The position numbers and the translations under genes were made by a program. The notes under the pieces were generated by a model, which did no database searches, was not told where the DNA came from, and saw nothing but the letters and a program-made list of their open reading frames with translations. A stretch of DNA of 32,573 nucleotides from Octopus sinensis (taxonomy: Eukaryota), in assembly GCF_006345805.1 (NCBI RefSeq), contig NW_021835194.1, positions 1-32,573 on the forward strand, in the 5' to 3' direction. Below, in pieces: positions 1 to 11,599 of the stretch (positions within the stretch are counted from its first letter, which is position 1; each line of letters begins with the position of its first letter).

Positions 1-2236
1 AAAGAGAAATGTGATCAAGGAGAAACTACTAGAGTAAGTTTATGGAAAATGAAGGAGAAAGAAAAAAGAGAAATGTGATCAAGGAGAAACTACTGGAGTA
101 AGTTTATGAAAAATGAAGAGAAGAGAAGAAAAAAGAGAAATGTTATCAAGGAGAAAGTACTGGAGTAAGTTTATGAAAAATGAGGAGAAGAGAAAGAAAA
201 AGAGAAATGTGATCAAGGAGAAAGTACTGGAGTAAGTTTATAAAATGAGAGAGAAGAGAAAGAAAAAAGAGAAATGTGATCAAGGAGAAAGTACAGGAGT
301 AAGTTTATGAAACATGAGGAGAAGAGAAAGAAAAAAGAGAAATGTGATCAAGGAGAAACTACTAGAGTAAGTTTATGGAAAATGAGGAGAGGAGAAAGAA
401 AAAAGAGAAATGTGATCAAGGAGAAAGCACTGGAGTAAGTTTATGAAAAATGAAGAGAAGAGAAAGAAAAAAGAGAAATATGATCAAGGAGAAAGTACTG
501 GAATAAGGTTATGAAAAATGAGGAGAAGAGAAAGAAAAAAGAGAAATGTGATCAAGGAGAAACTACTAGAGTAAGTTTATGGAAAATAAGGAGAAGAGAA
601 GAAAAAAAAGAGAATGTGATCAAGGAGAAAGTACTGGAGTAAGTTTATCAAAATGAAGAGAAGAGAAAGAAAAAAGAGAAATGTTATCAAGAAGAAAGTA
701 CTGGAGTAAGTTTATGAAAAATGAGGAGAAGAGAAAGAAAAAAGTGAAATGTGATCAAGGAGAAAGTACTGGAGTAAGTTTATAAAAAATGAGGAGAAGA
801 GAAAGAAAAAAGAGAAATGTGATGAAGGAGAAAGTACTGGAGTAAGTTCATGAAAAATGAAGAGAAGAGAAAGAAAAAAGACAAATATGATCAAGGAGAA
901 AGTACTTGAGTAAGTTTATGAAAAATGAGGAGAAGAGAAAGAAAAAAGAAAAATGTGATCAAGGAGAAAGTACTGGAGTAAGTTTATGAAAAATGAGGAG
1001 ATGAGAAAGAAAAAAGAGAAATGTGATCAAGGAGAAAGTACTGGAGTAAGTTTATGAAAAATGAAGAGAAGAGAAAGAAAAAAGAGAAATGTGATCAAGG
1101 AGAAAGTACTGGAGTAAGTTTATGAAAAATAAGGAGAAGAGAATGAAAAAAGAGAAAAGTGATCAAGGAGAAAGTACAGGAGTAAGTTTATGGAAGATGA
1201 GGAGAAGAGAACGAAAAAGGAGAAATGTGATAAAGGATAAAGTACTGGAGTAAGTTTATGAAAAATGAGGAGAAGAGAAAGAAAAAAGAGAAATGTGATC
1301 AAGGAGAAAGTACTGGAGTAAGTTTATGAAAAATGAGGAGAAGAGAAAGAAAAAAGTGAAATGTGATCAAGGAGAAAGTACTGGAGTAAGTTTATGAAAA
1401 ATGAGGACAAGAGAAAGAAAAAAGAGAAATGTGACCAAGGAGAAAGCACTGGAGTAAGTTTATGAAAAATGAAGAGAAGAGAAAGAAAAAAGAGAAATAT
1501 GATCAAGGAGAAAGTACTGGAGTAAGGTTGTGAAAAATGAGGAGAAGAGAAAGAAAAAAGAGAAGTGTGATCAAGGAGAAAGTACTGGAATAAGTTTATG
1601 AAAAATGAAGAGATGAGAAAGAAAAAAGAGAAATATGATCAAGGAGAAAGTACTGGAGTAAGTTTATATAAAATGAGGAGAAGAGAAAGAAAAAAGAGAA
1701 ATGTGATAAAGGAGAAAGTACTGGAGTAAGTTTATGAAAAATGAAGAGAAGAGAAAGAAAAAAGAGAAATGTGATAAAGGAGAAAGTACTGGAGTAAGTT
1801 TATGAAACATTAGGAGAAGAGAAAAAAAAAAGAGAAATATGATCAAGGAGAAAGTACTGGAGTAATGTTATGAAAAATGAGGAGAAGAGAAAGAAAAAAG
1901 AGAAGTGTGATCAAGGAGAAAGTACTGGAATAAGTTTATGAAAAATGAAGAGATGAGAAAGAAAAAAGAGAAATATTATCAAGGAGAATCTACTCGAGTA
2001 ATTTTATGGAAAATATGGAGAAGAGAAAGAAAAAAGAGAAATGTGATCAAGGAGAAAGTACTGGAGTAAGTTTATGAAAAATGAAGAGAAGAGAAAGAAA
2101 AAAGAGAAATGTGATAAAGGAGAAAGTACTGGAGTAAGTTTATGAAACATTAGGAGAAGAGAAAAAAAAAAGAGAAATGTGATCAAGGAGAAAGTACTGG
2201 AGTAAGGTTATGAAAAATGAGGAGAAGAGAAAGAAA
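1..2236 (+). repeat. 33-monomer higher-order block, copy 1
   Basis: An ordered series of 33 distinguishable monomer variants (CTACTAG, GTTATC, TACAGG/AACAT, TATCA, GATGAA/TTCAT, GACAAATAT, GGACAA, GACC/GCAC, GGTTGTG, AATGTTA, TACTCGAG and others). The first five monomers restart at 2237. Confidence 0.85.
1557..2236 (+). repeat. Diverged 2 x 5-monomer (340 bp) tandem duplication inside the 33-mer
   Basis: Monomers at 1557 and 1897 share GAAGTGTGATC, GGAATAAG and GAAGAGATG. Monomers at 1761 and 2101 share GATAAA, AACATT and an A10 run. The offset is exactly 340. Confidence 0.85.
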
Positions 2237-3901
2237 AAAGAGAAATGTGATCAAGGAGAAACTACTAGAGTAAGTTTATGGAAAATGAGGAGAGGAGAAA
2301 GAAAAAAGAGAAATGTGATCAAGGAGAAACTACTGGAGTAAGTTTATGAAAAATGAAGAGAAGAGAAAGAAAAAAGAGAAATGTTATCAAGGAGAAAGTA
2401 CTGGAGTAAGTTTATGAAAAATGAGGAGAAGAGAAAGAAAAAAGAGAAATGTGATCAAGGAGAAAGTACTGGAGTAAGTTTATAAAAAATGAGGAGAAGA
2501 GAAAGAAAAAAGAGAAATGTGATCAAGGAAAAAGTGGAGTAAGTTTATGAAACATGAGGAGAAGAGAAAGAAAAAGAGAAATGTGATAAGGAGAAAGTAA
2601 TGGAGTAAGTTTATGAAAAATGAGGAGAAGAGAAAGAAAAAAGAGAAATGTGATCAAGGAGAAAGTACTGGAGTAAGTTTATGAAAAATGAAGAGAAAGA
2701 AAAAGAGAAATATGATCAAGGAGAAAGTACTTGAGTAAGTTTATGAAAAATGAGGAGAAGAGTAAGAAAAAAAGAAATGTGATCAAGGAGAAAGTACTGG
2801 AGTAAGTTTATGAAAATGAGGAGATGAGAAAGAAAAAGAGAAATGTGATCAAGGAGAAAGTACTGGAGTAAGTTTATGAAAAATAAGGAGAAGAGAATGA
2901 AAAAGAGAAAATTGATCAAGGAGAAAGTACCGGAGTAAGTTTATGGAAGATGAGGAAAGAGAACGAAAAAGGAGAAATGTGTGAATGATAAAGTACTGGA
3001 GTAAGATTATGAAAAATGAGGAGAAGAGAAGAAAAAAGAGAAATGTGATCAAGGAGAAAGTACTGGAGTAAGTTTATGAAAATGAGGAGAAGAGAAAGAA
3101 AAAGAGAAATGTGATCAAGGAGAAAGTACTGGAGTAAGTTTATGAAAAATGAGAGAAGAGAAAGAAAAAAGAGAAATGTTGATCAAGGAGAAAGTACTGG
3201 AGTAAGTTTATGAAAAATGAAGAAGAGAAAGAAAAAAGAAATGTGATCAAGGAGAAAGTACTGGAGTAAGTTTATGAAAAATAGGAGAAGAGAATGAAAA
3301 AGAGAAAAGTGATCAAGGAGAAAGTACAGGAGTAAGTTTATGGAAGATGAGGAGAAGAGAACGAAAAAGGAGAAATGTGATCAAGGATAAAGTACTGGAG
3401 TAAGTTTATGAAAAATGAGGACAAGAGAAAGAAAAAAGAGAAATTTGACCAAGGAGAAAGCACTGGAGTAAGTTTATGAAAAATGAAGAGAAGAGAAAGA
3501 AAAAAGAGAAATATGATCAAGGAGAAAATACTGGAGTAAGGTTGTGAAAAATGAGGAGAAGAGAAAGAAAAAAGAGAAGTGTGATCAAGGAGAAAGTACT
3601 GGAATAAGTTTATGAAAAATGAAGAGATGAGAAAGAAAAAAGAGAAATATGATCAAGGAGAATCTGCTCGAGTAATTTTATGGAAAATTGGAGAGAGAAG
3701 AAAAAAGAGAAATGTGATCAAGGAGAAAGTACTGGAGTAAGTTTATGAAAAATGAAGAGAAGAGAAAGAAAAAGAGAAATGTGATAAGGAGAAAGTACTG
3801 GAGTAAGTTTATGAAACATTAGGAGAAGAGAAAAAAAAAAGAGAAATTGATCAAGGAGAAAGTACTGGAGTAAGTTATGAAAATGAGGAGAAGAGAAAGA
3901 A
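2237..3901 (+). repeat. Derived ~25-monomer block; its counterpart at ~30407-32190 has 27 monomers
   Basis: Starts with monomers 1-5 of the 33-mer, then GATAA..GTAATGG and TACTTG..GAGTAAG monomers, two landmark trimers, then monomers 22-24 and 30-33. The same order is seen from ~30407 (GTAATGG ~30759, GAGTAAG ~30927, TACCGG ~31097). Confidence 0.75.
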
Positions 3902-6900
3902 AAAGAGAAATGTGATCAAGGAGAAACTACTAGAGTAAGTTTATGGAAAATGAGGAGAGAGAAAGAAAAAAGAAATGTGATCAAGGAGAAACTACTGGAG
4001 AAAGTTTATGAAAAATGAAGAGAAGAGAAAAAAAAAGAGAAATGTGATCAAGGAGAAAGTACTGGACTAAGTTTATGAAAAATGAGGAAAGAGAAAGAAA
4101 AAAGAGAATGTGATCAGGAGAAAGTACTGGAGTAAGTTTATAAAAATGAGGAAAGAGAAAGAAAAAGAGAAATGTGATCAAGGAGAAAGTACAGGAGTAA
4201 GTTTATGAAACATGAGGAGAAGAGACAGAAAAAAGAGATGTGATAAGGAGAAAGTAATGGAGTAAGTTTATGAAAAATGAGGAGAAGAGAAAGAAAAAAG
4301 AGAAATGTGATCAACGAGAAAGTACTGGAGTAAGTTTATGAAAAATGAAGAGAAGAGAAAGAAAAAAGAGAAATATGATCAAGGAGAAAGTACTGGTTAA
4401 GTTTATGAAAAATGAGGAGAAGAGTAAAGAAAAAAAAAATGTGATCAAGGAGAAAGTACTGGAGTAAGTTTATGAAAATGAGGAGATGAGAAAGAAAAAA
4501 GAAATGTGATCAAGGAGAAAGTACTGGAGTATGTTTATGAAAAACAAGGAAGATAGAATGAAAAAGAGAAATTGATCAAGGAGAATACCGGAGTAAGTTT
4601 ATGGAAGATGAGGAGAAGAGAACGAAAAAGGAGAAATGTGATAAGGATAAAGTACTGGAGTAAGATTATGAAAATGAGGAAAGAGAAAGAAAAAAAGAAA
4701 TGTGATCAAGGAGAAAGTACTGGAGTAAGTTTATGAAAAATGAGGAGAAGAGAAAGAAAAAAGAGAAATGTGATCAAGGAGAAAGTACTGGAGTAAGTTT
4801 ATGAAAATGAAGAGAAGAGAAGAAAAAGAGAATGTGATCAAGGAGAAAGTACTGGAGTAATTTATGAAAATGAAGAGAAGAGAAAGAAAAAAGGAAATGT
4901 GATCAAGAGAAAGCACTGGAGTAAGTTTATGAAAAAGAGAAAGAAAAAAAAGAGAAATATGATCAGGAGAATGTACTGGAGTAAGTTTATGAAAAATGAG
5001 GAGAAGAGAAAGAAAAAGAGAAATGTGATCAAGGAGAAACTACTAGAGTAAGTTTATGGAAAATGAGGAAAAGAGAAGAAAAAGAGAAATGTGATCAAGG
5101 AGAAAGTACTGGAGTAAGTTTATGAAAAATGAAGAGAAGAAAGAAAAAAGAGAAATGTGATCAAGGAGAAAGTACTGGAATAAGTTTATGAAAAATGAGA
5201 GAAGAGAAAGAAAAAGAGAAATGTGATCAAGGAGAAAGAAACTGGAGTAAGTTTATAAAAAATGAGGAGAAGAGAAAGAAAAAAGAGAAATGTGATCAAG
5301 GAAAGTACGGAGTAAGTTTATAAAACATGAGGAGAAGAGAAAGAAAAAAGAGAAATGTGATCAAGGAGAAAGTACTGGAGTAAGTTTATGAAAAATGAGA
5401 GAAAAGAAAGAAAAAGAGAATGTGATCAAGGAGAAGTACTGGAGTAAGTTTATGAAAAATGAGGAGAAGAGAAAGAAAAAGAGAATGTGATCAAGGAGAA
5501 AGTACTTGAGTAAGTTTATGAAAAATGAGAGAAGAGAAGAAAAAAGAAATGTGATCAAGGAGAAAGTACTGGAGTAAGTTATGAAAAATGAGGAGAAGAG
5601 AAGAAAAAGAGAAATGTGATCAAGGAGAAAGTACTGAGTAAGTTTATGAAAAATAATAGAAGAGAAAGAAAAAAGAAATGTGATCAAGGAAAGTACTGGA
5701 GTAAGTTTTAAAAATAGGAGAATAGAATGAAAAAGAGAAAAGTGATCAAGAGAAGTACCGGAGTAATTTTATGGAAAATGAGGAGAAGGAACGAAAAAGA
5801 GAATGTGATCAAGGATAAAGTACTGGAGTAAGATTATGAAAAATGAGGAGAAGAGAAAGAAAAAAGAGATGTGATCAAGGAGAAAGTACTGGAGTAAGTT
5901 TATGAAAATGAGGAGAAGAGAAAGAAAAAAGAAATGTGATCAGGAGAAAGTACTGAGTAAGTTTATGAAAATGAAGAGAAGACAAAGAAAAAGAGAAATG
6001 TGATCAAGGAGAAAGTACTGGAGTAAGTTTATGAAAAATGAGAAGAAGAGAAGAAAAAAGAGAATGTGATCAAGGAGAAAGTACTGGAGAAAGTTTATGA
6101 AAAATGAAGAGAAGAGAGAAAAAGAGAAATGTGATCAAGGAAATGTACTTGAGTAAGTTTATGAAAATGAGGATAAGAGAAAGAAAAAGAGAAATGTGAT
6201 CAAGGAGAAAGTACTGGAGTAAGTTTATATAAAATGAGGAGAAGAGAAAGAAAAAAGAAATGTGATCAAGGAGAAAGCACTGGAGTAAGTTTATGAAAAT
6301 GAAAGAAGAGAAAGAAAAAAGTGAAATGTGATCAAGGAGAAAGTACTGGAGTAAGTTTATGAAAAATGAGAGAAGAGAAAGAAAAAGAGAAATTTGATCA
6401 AGGAGAAAGTACTGGAGTAAGTTTATGAAATGAAAGAAGAGAAAGAAAAAAGAGAAATTATCAGGAGAATGTACTTGAGTAAGTTTAATGAAAAATGAGG
6501 AAAAGAGAAGAAAAGGAGAAATGTGATCAAGGAGAAAGTACTGGTGTAAGTTTATATATAAAATGAGGAGAAGAGAACGAAAAAGAGAATGTGATCAAGA
6601 GAAGTACTGGAGTAATTTTATGGAAAATGAGGAGAATAGAAAGAAAAAAGAGAAATGTGATCAAGGAGAAAGTACTGGAGTAAGTTTATGAAAAATGAGG
6701 AGAAGAGAAAAAAAAAGAGAAATGTGATCAAGGAGAAAGTACTGGAGTAAGTTTATGAAAATGAGGAGAAAGAAAGAAAAAAGAGAAATGTGATCAAGGA
6801 GAAAGTACTGCGTAAGTTTATGAAAATGAAGAAGAGAAAGAAAAGAAGAATATGATCAAGGAGAATGTACTGGAGTAAGTTTATGAAAAATGAGAGAAGA

Positions 6901-9900
6901 GAAAGAAAAAGAGAATGTGATCAAGGAGAATCTACTAGAGTAAGTTTATGAAAATGAGGAGAAGAGAAAGAAAAAGAGAAATGTGATCAGGAGAAGTACT
7001 GGAGTTCGTTTATGAAAATAAAGAGAAAGAAAAAAGAGAAATGTGATCAAGGAGAAAGTACTGAGTAAGTTTATTAAAAATGAGAGAAGAGAAAGAACAA
7101 AGAGAAATGTGATCAAGGAGAAGTACTGGAGTAAGTTTATGAAAATGAAGAAGAAAATAAAAAGAGAAATGTGATCAGGAGAAAGTACTGGAGTAGCTTA
7201 TGAAAATGAGGAGAAGAAGAAAAAAGAGAAATGTGATCAGGAGAAAGTACTGGAGTAAGTTTATGAAAAATGAGGAGAAGAGAAATAAAAAGGAAAATGA
7301 TCAAGGAGAAAGTACTGAGTAAGGTTATGAAAATGAGGAGAAAAGAAAGAAAAAAGAGAAATGTGATCAGGAGAAAGTACTGGAGTAAGTTTATGAAAAT
7401 GAAGAGAAGAAAGAAAAAAGTGAAATGTGATCAAGGAAAGTACTGGAGTAAGTTTATGAAAATGAGGAGTAGAGAAAGAAAAAGAGAAATGTGATCAAGG
7501 AGAAAGTACTGGAGTAAGTTTATGAAAATAGGAGAAGAGAATAAAAAAGAGAAAAGTGATCAAGGAAAGGTACCGAGTAAGTTTATGGAAGAGAGGAAAG
7601 ATAACGAAAAGGAAATGTGATAAAGGATAAAGTACTGGAGTAATTTGAAAAATGAGGAGAAGAGAAAGAAAAAGAGAAATGTGATCAAGGAGAAAGTACT
7701 GTGTAAGTTTATGAAAAATGAGAGAAGAGAAAGAAAAAAGAGAAATGTGATCAAGGAGAAAATACTGGAGTAAGTTTATGAAAAATGAGAGAAGAGAAGA
7801 AAAAAGAGAAATGTGATCAAGGAGAAAGTACTGGAGTAAGTTATTAAAAATGAAGAGAAGAGAAAGAAAAAGAGAAATGTGATCAAGGAGAAAGCACTGG
7901 AGTAAGTTTATGAAAATGAAGAGAAGAGAAGAAAAAAGAGAAATATGATCAAGGAGAAAGTACTGGAGTAGGTTATGAAACATGATGATAAGAGAAGAAA
8001 AAAGAAATGTGATCAAGGAGAACTACTAGAGTAAGTTTATGGAAAATGAGGAAAGAGAAAGAAAAAAGAAATGTGATCAAGGAGAAAGTACTGAGTAAGT
8101 TTATGAAAATGAAGAGAAGAGAAAGAAAAAGAGAACTGTTATCAAGAAGAAAGTACTGGAGTAAGTTTTGAAAAATGAGGAGAAGAGAAAGAAAAAGAGA
8201 AATGTGATCAAGGAGAAAATACTGAGTAAGTTTATAAAAAATGAGAGAAGAGAAAGAAAAAGAGAATGTGATCAAGGAGAAAGTACTGGAGAAATTTTAT
8301 GAAAATGAAGAGAAGAGAAAGAAAAAAGAGAGATATGATCAAGGAGAATGTACTTGAGTAAGTTTATGAAAAATGAGGATAAGAGAAGAAAAAGAGAATG
8401 TGATCAAGGAGAAAGTACTGGAGTAAGTTTATATAAAATGAGAGAAGAGAAAAAAAGAGAAATGTGATCAGAGAAAGTCACGGAGTAAGTTTATGAAAAA
8501 TGAAGAGAAGAGAAAGAAAAAAGAGAAATATGATCAAGAGAAGTACTGGAGTAAGGTTATGAAAAATGAGGAGAAGAGAAGAAAAAGAGAAATTTGATCA
8601 AGAGAAAATACGGAGTAAGTTTATGAAAATGAAGAGAAGAGAAGGAAAAAAGAAATATGAATCAAGGAGATGTACTTGAGTAAGTTTATGAAAATAGGAT
8701 AAGAGAAAGAAAAAGGAGAATGTGATCAAGGAGAAAGTACTGGAGTATTTATATAAAATGAGGAGAAAGAAAGAAAAAAGAAATGTGATCAAGGAGAATC
8801 TACTGGAGTAATTTTATGGAAAATGAGGAGAAGAGAAAGAAAAAGAGAACGTGATCAAGGAGAAAGTACTGGAGTAAGTTTATGAAACATTAGGAGAAGA
8901 GAAAGAAAAAAAGAAATGTGATAAAGGAGAAAGTACTGGAGTAAGTTTATGAAAAATGAGGAGAAGAGAAAGAAAAAAGAGAAATGTGATCAAGAGAAAG
9001 TACTGGAGTAAGTTTATGAAAAATGAAGAGAAGAGAAAGAAAAAAGAGAAATATGATCAAGGAGAATATACTGGAGTAAGTTTATGAAAAATGAGGAGAA
9101 GAGAAAGAGAAAAGAGAAATGTGATCAAGGAGAATCTATTAGAGTAAGTTTATGGAAAATGAGGAAAAGAGAAAGGAAAAAGAGAAATGTGATCAAGGAG
9201 AATGTACTGGAGTTAGTTTATGAAAAATGAAGAGAAGAGAAAGAAAAAAAGAGAAAAGTGATCAAGGAGAAGGTACCGGAGTAAGTTTATGGAAGATGAG
9301 GAGAAGATAACGAAAAAGGAGAAATGTGATAAAGGATAAAGTACTGGAGTAAGATTATGAAAAATGAGGAGAAGAGAAAGAAAAAAGAGAAATGTGATCA
9401 GGAGAAAGTACTGGTGTATTTATGGAATGAGGAGAGAGAAAGAAAAAAGAAATGTGATCAAGAAGAAAGTACTGGAATAAGTTTATGAAAAATGAGGAGA
9501 AGAGAAAGAAAAAAGAGAAATGTGATCAAGGAGAAAGTACTGGAGTAAGTTTATAAAAAATGAGGAGAAGAGAAAGAAAAAAGAGAAATGTGATCAAGGA
9601 GAAAGTACTGGAGTAAGTTCATGAAAAATGAAGAGAAGAGAAAGAAAAAAGAGAAATGTGATCAAGGAGAAAGTACAGGAGTAAGTTTATGGTAGATGAG
9701 GAGAAGAGAACGAAAAAGGAGAAATGTGATAAAGGATAAAGTACTGGAGTAAGATTATGAAAATGAGGAGAAGAGAAAGAAAAAAGAGAAATGTGATCAA
9801 GGAGAAAGTACTGGAGTAAGTTTATGAAAAATGAGGAGAAGAGAAAGAAAAAAGAGAAATGTGATCAAGGAGAAAGTACTGGAGTAAGTTTATGAAAAAT

Positions 9901-11599
9901 GAGGACAAGAGAAAGAAAAAAGAGAAATGTGACCAAGGAGAAAGCACTGGAGTAAGTTTATGAAAAATGAAGAGAAGAGAAAGAAAAAAGAGAAATATGA
10001 TCAAGGAGAAACTACTAGAGTAATTTTATGGAAAATGAGGAGAAGAGAAAGAAAAAAGAGAAGTGTGATCAAGGAGAAAGTACTGGAGTAAGTTTATGAA
10101 AAATAAAGAGAAGAGAAAGAAAAAAGAGAAATGTGATAAAGGAGAAAGTACTGGAGTAATTTTATGAAACATTAGTAGAAGAGAAAAAAAAAAGAGAAAT
10201 GTGATCAAGGAGAAAGTACTGGAGTAAGGTTATGAAAAATGAGGAGAAGAGAAAGAAAAAAGAGAAATGTGATCAAGGAGAAAGTACTGGAGTAAGTTTA
10301 TGAAAAATGAAGAGAAGAGAAAGAAAAAAGAGAAATATGATCAAGGAGAATGTACTGGAGTAAGTTTATGAAAAATGAGGAGAAGAGAAAGAAAAAAGAG
10401 AAATGTGATCAAGGAGAAACTACTAGAGTAAGTTTATGGAAAATGAGGAGAAGAGAAAGAAAAAAGAGAAATGTGATCAAGGAGAAAGTACCGGAGTAAG
10501 TTTATGGAAGATGAGGAGAAGAGAACGAAAAAGGAGAAATGTGATAAAGGATAAAGTACTGGAGTAAGTTTATGAAAAATGAGGAGAAGAGAAAGAATAA
10601 AGAGAAATTTGATCAAGGAGAAAGTACTGGAGTAAGTTTATGAAAAATGAGGAGAAGAGAAACAAAAAGAAAAATGTGATCAAGGAGAAAGTACTGCAGT
10701 AAGTTTATGAAAAATGAAGAGAAGAGAAAGAAAAAAGAGAAATATGATCAAGGAGAAAGTACTGGAGTAAGTTTATGAAAAATGAGAAGAGAAAGAAAAA
10801 AGAGAAATATGATAAAGGAGAAACTAATGGAGTAAGTTTATGAAAAATGGGGATAAGAGAAAGAAAAAGGAGAAATGTGATCAAGGAGAAAGTACTGGAG
10901 TAAGTTTATGAAAAATGAGGAGAAGAGAAAGAAAAAAGAGAAATGTGATCAAGGAGAATCTACTGGAGTAGGTTTATGGAAAATGAGGAGAAGAGAAAGA
11001 AAAAAGAGAAATGTGATCAAGGAGAATACTGGAGTAAGTTTATGAAAAATGAGAGAAGAGAAAGAAAAAGAGAAATGTGATCAAGGAGAAAGTACTGGAG
11101 TAAGTTTATGAAAAATGAGGAGAAGAGAAAGAAAAAAGAGAAATGTGATCAAGGAGAAAGTACTGGAGTAACTTTATGAAAAATAAGGAGAAGAGAATGA
11201 AAAAAGAGAAAAGTGATCAAGGAGAAGTACCGGAGTAAGTTTATGGAAGATGAGGAGAAGAGAAAGAAAAAGGAGAAATGTGATCAAGGAGAAAGTACTG
11301 GAGTAAGTTTATGAAAAATGAGGAGAAGAGAAAGAAAAAGGAGAAATGTGATCAAGGAGAAAGTACTGGAGTAAGTTTATGAAAAATGAGGAGAAGAGAA
11401 AGAAAAAGGAGAAATGTGATCAAGGAGAAAGTACTGGAGTAAGTTTATGAAAATGAGGAGAAGAGAAAGAAAAAGAGAAATGTGATCAAGGAGAAAGTAC
11501 TGGAGTAAGTTTATGAAAAATGAAGAGAAGAAAGAAAAAAGAGAAATGTGATCAAGGAGAAAGCACTGGAGTAAGTTTGATGAAAAATGAAGAGAGAGA

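Noticed and set aside
7270-7494. Plus-strand K/R/E-rich ORFs (also 29254..29445 and 30448..30633) resembling basic or protamine-like peptides
   Set aside because: This is the expected translation of an A/G-rich repeat. The ORFs open only where local 1-bp deletions skip the TAA/TGA stops, and the homologous copies elsewhere are closed.
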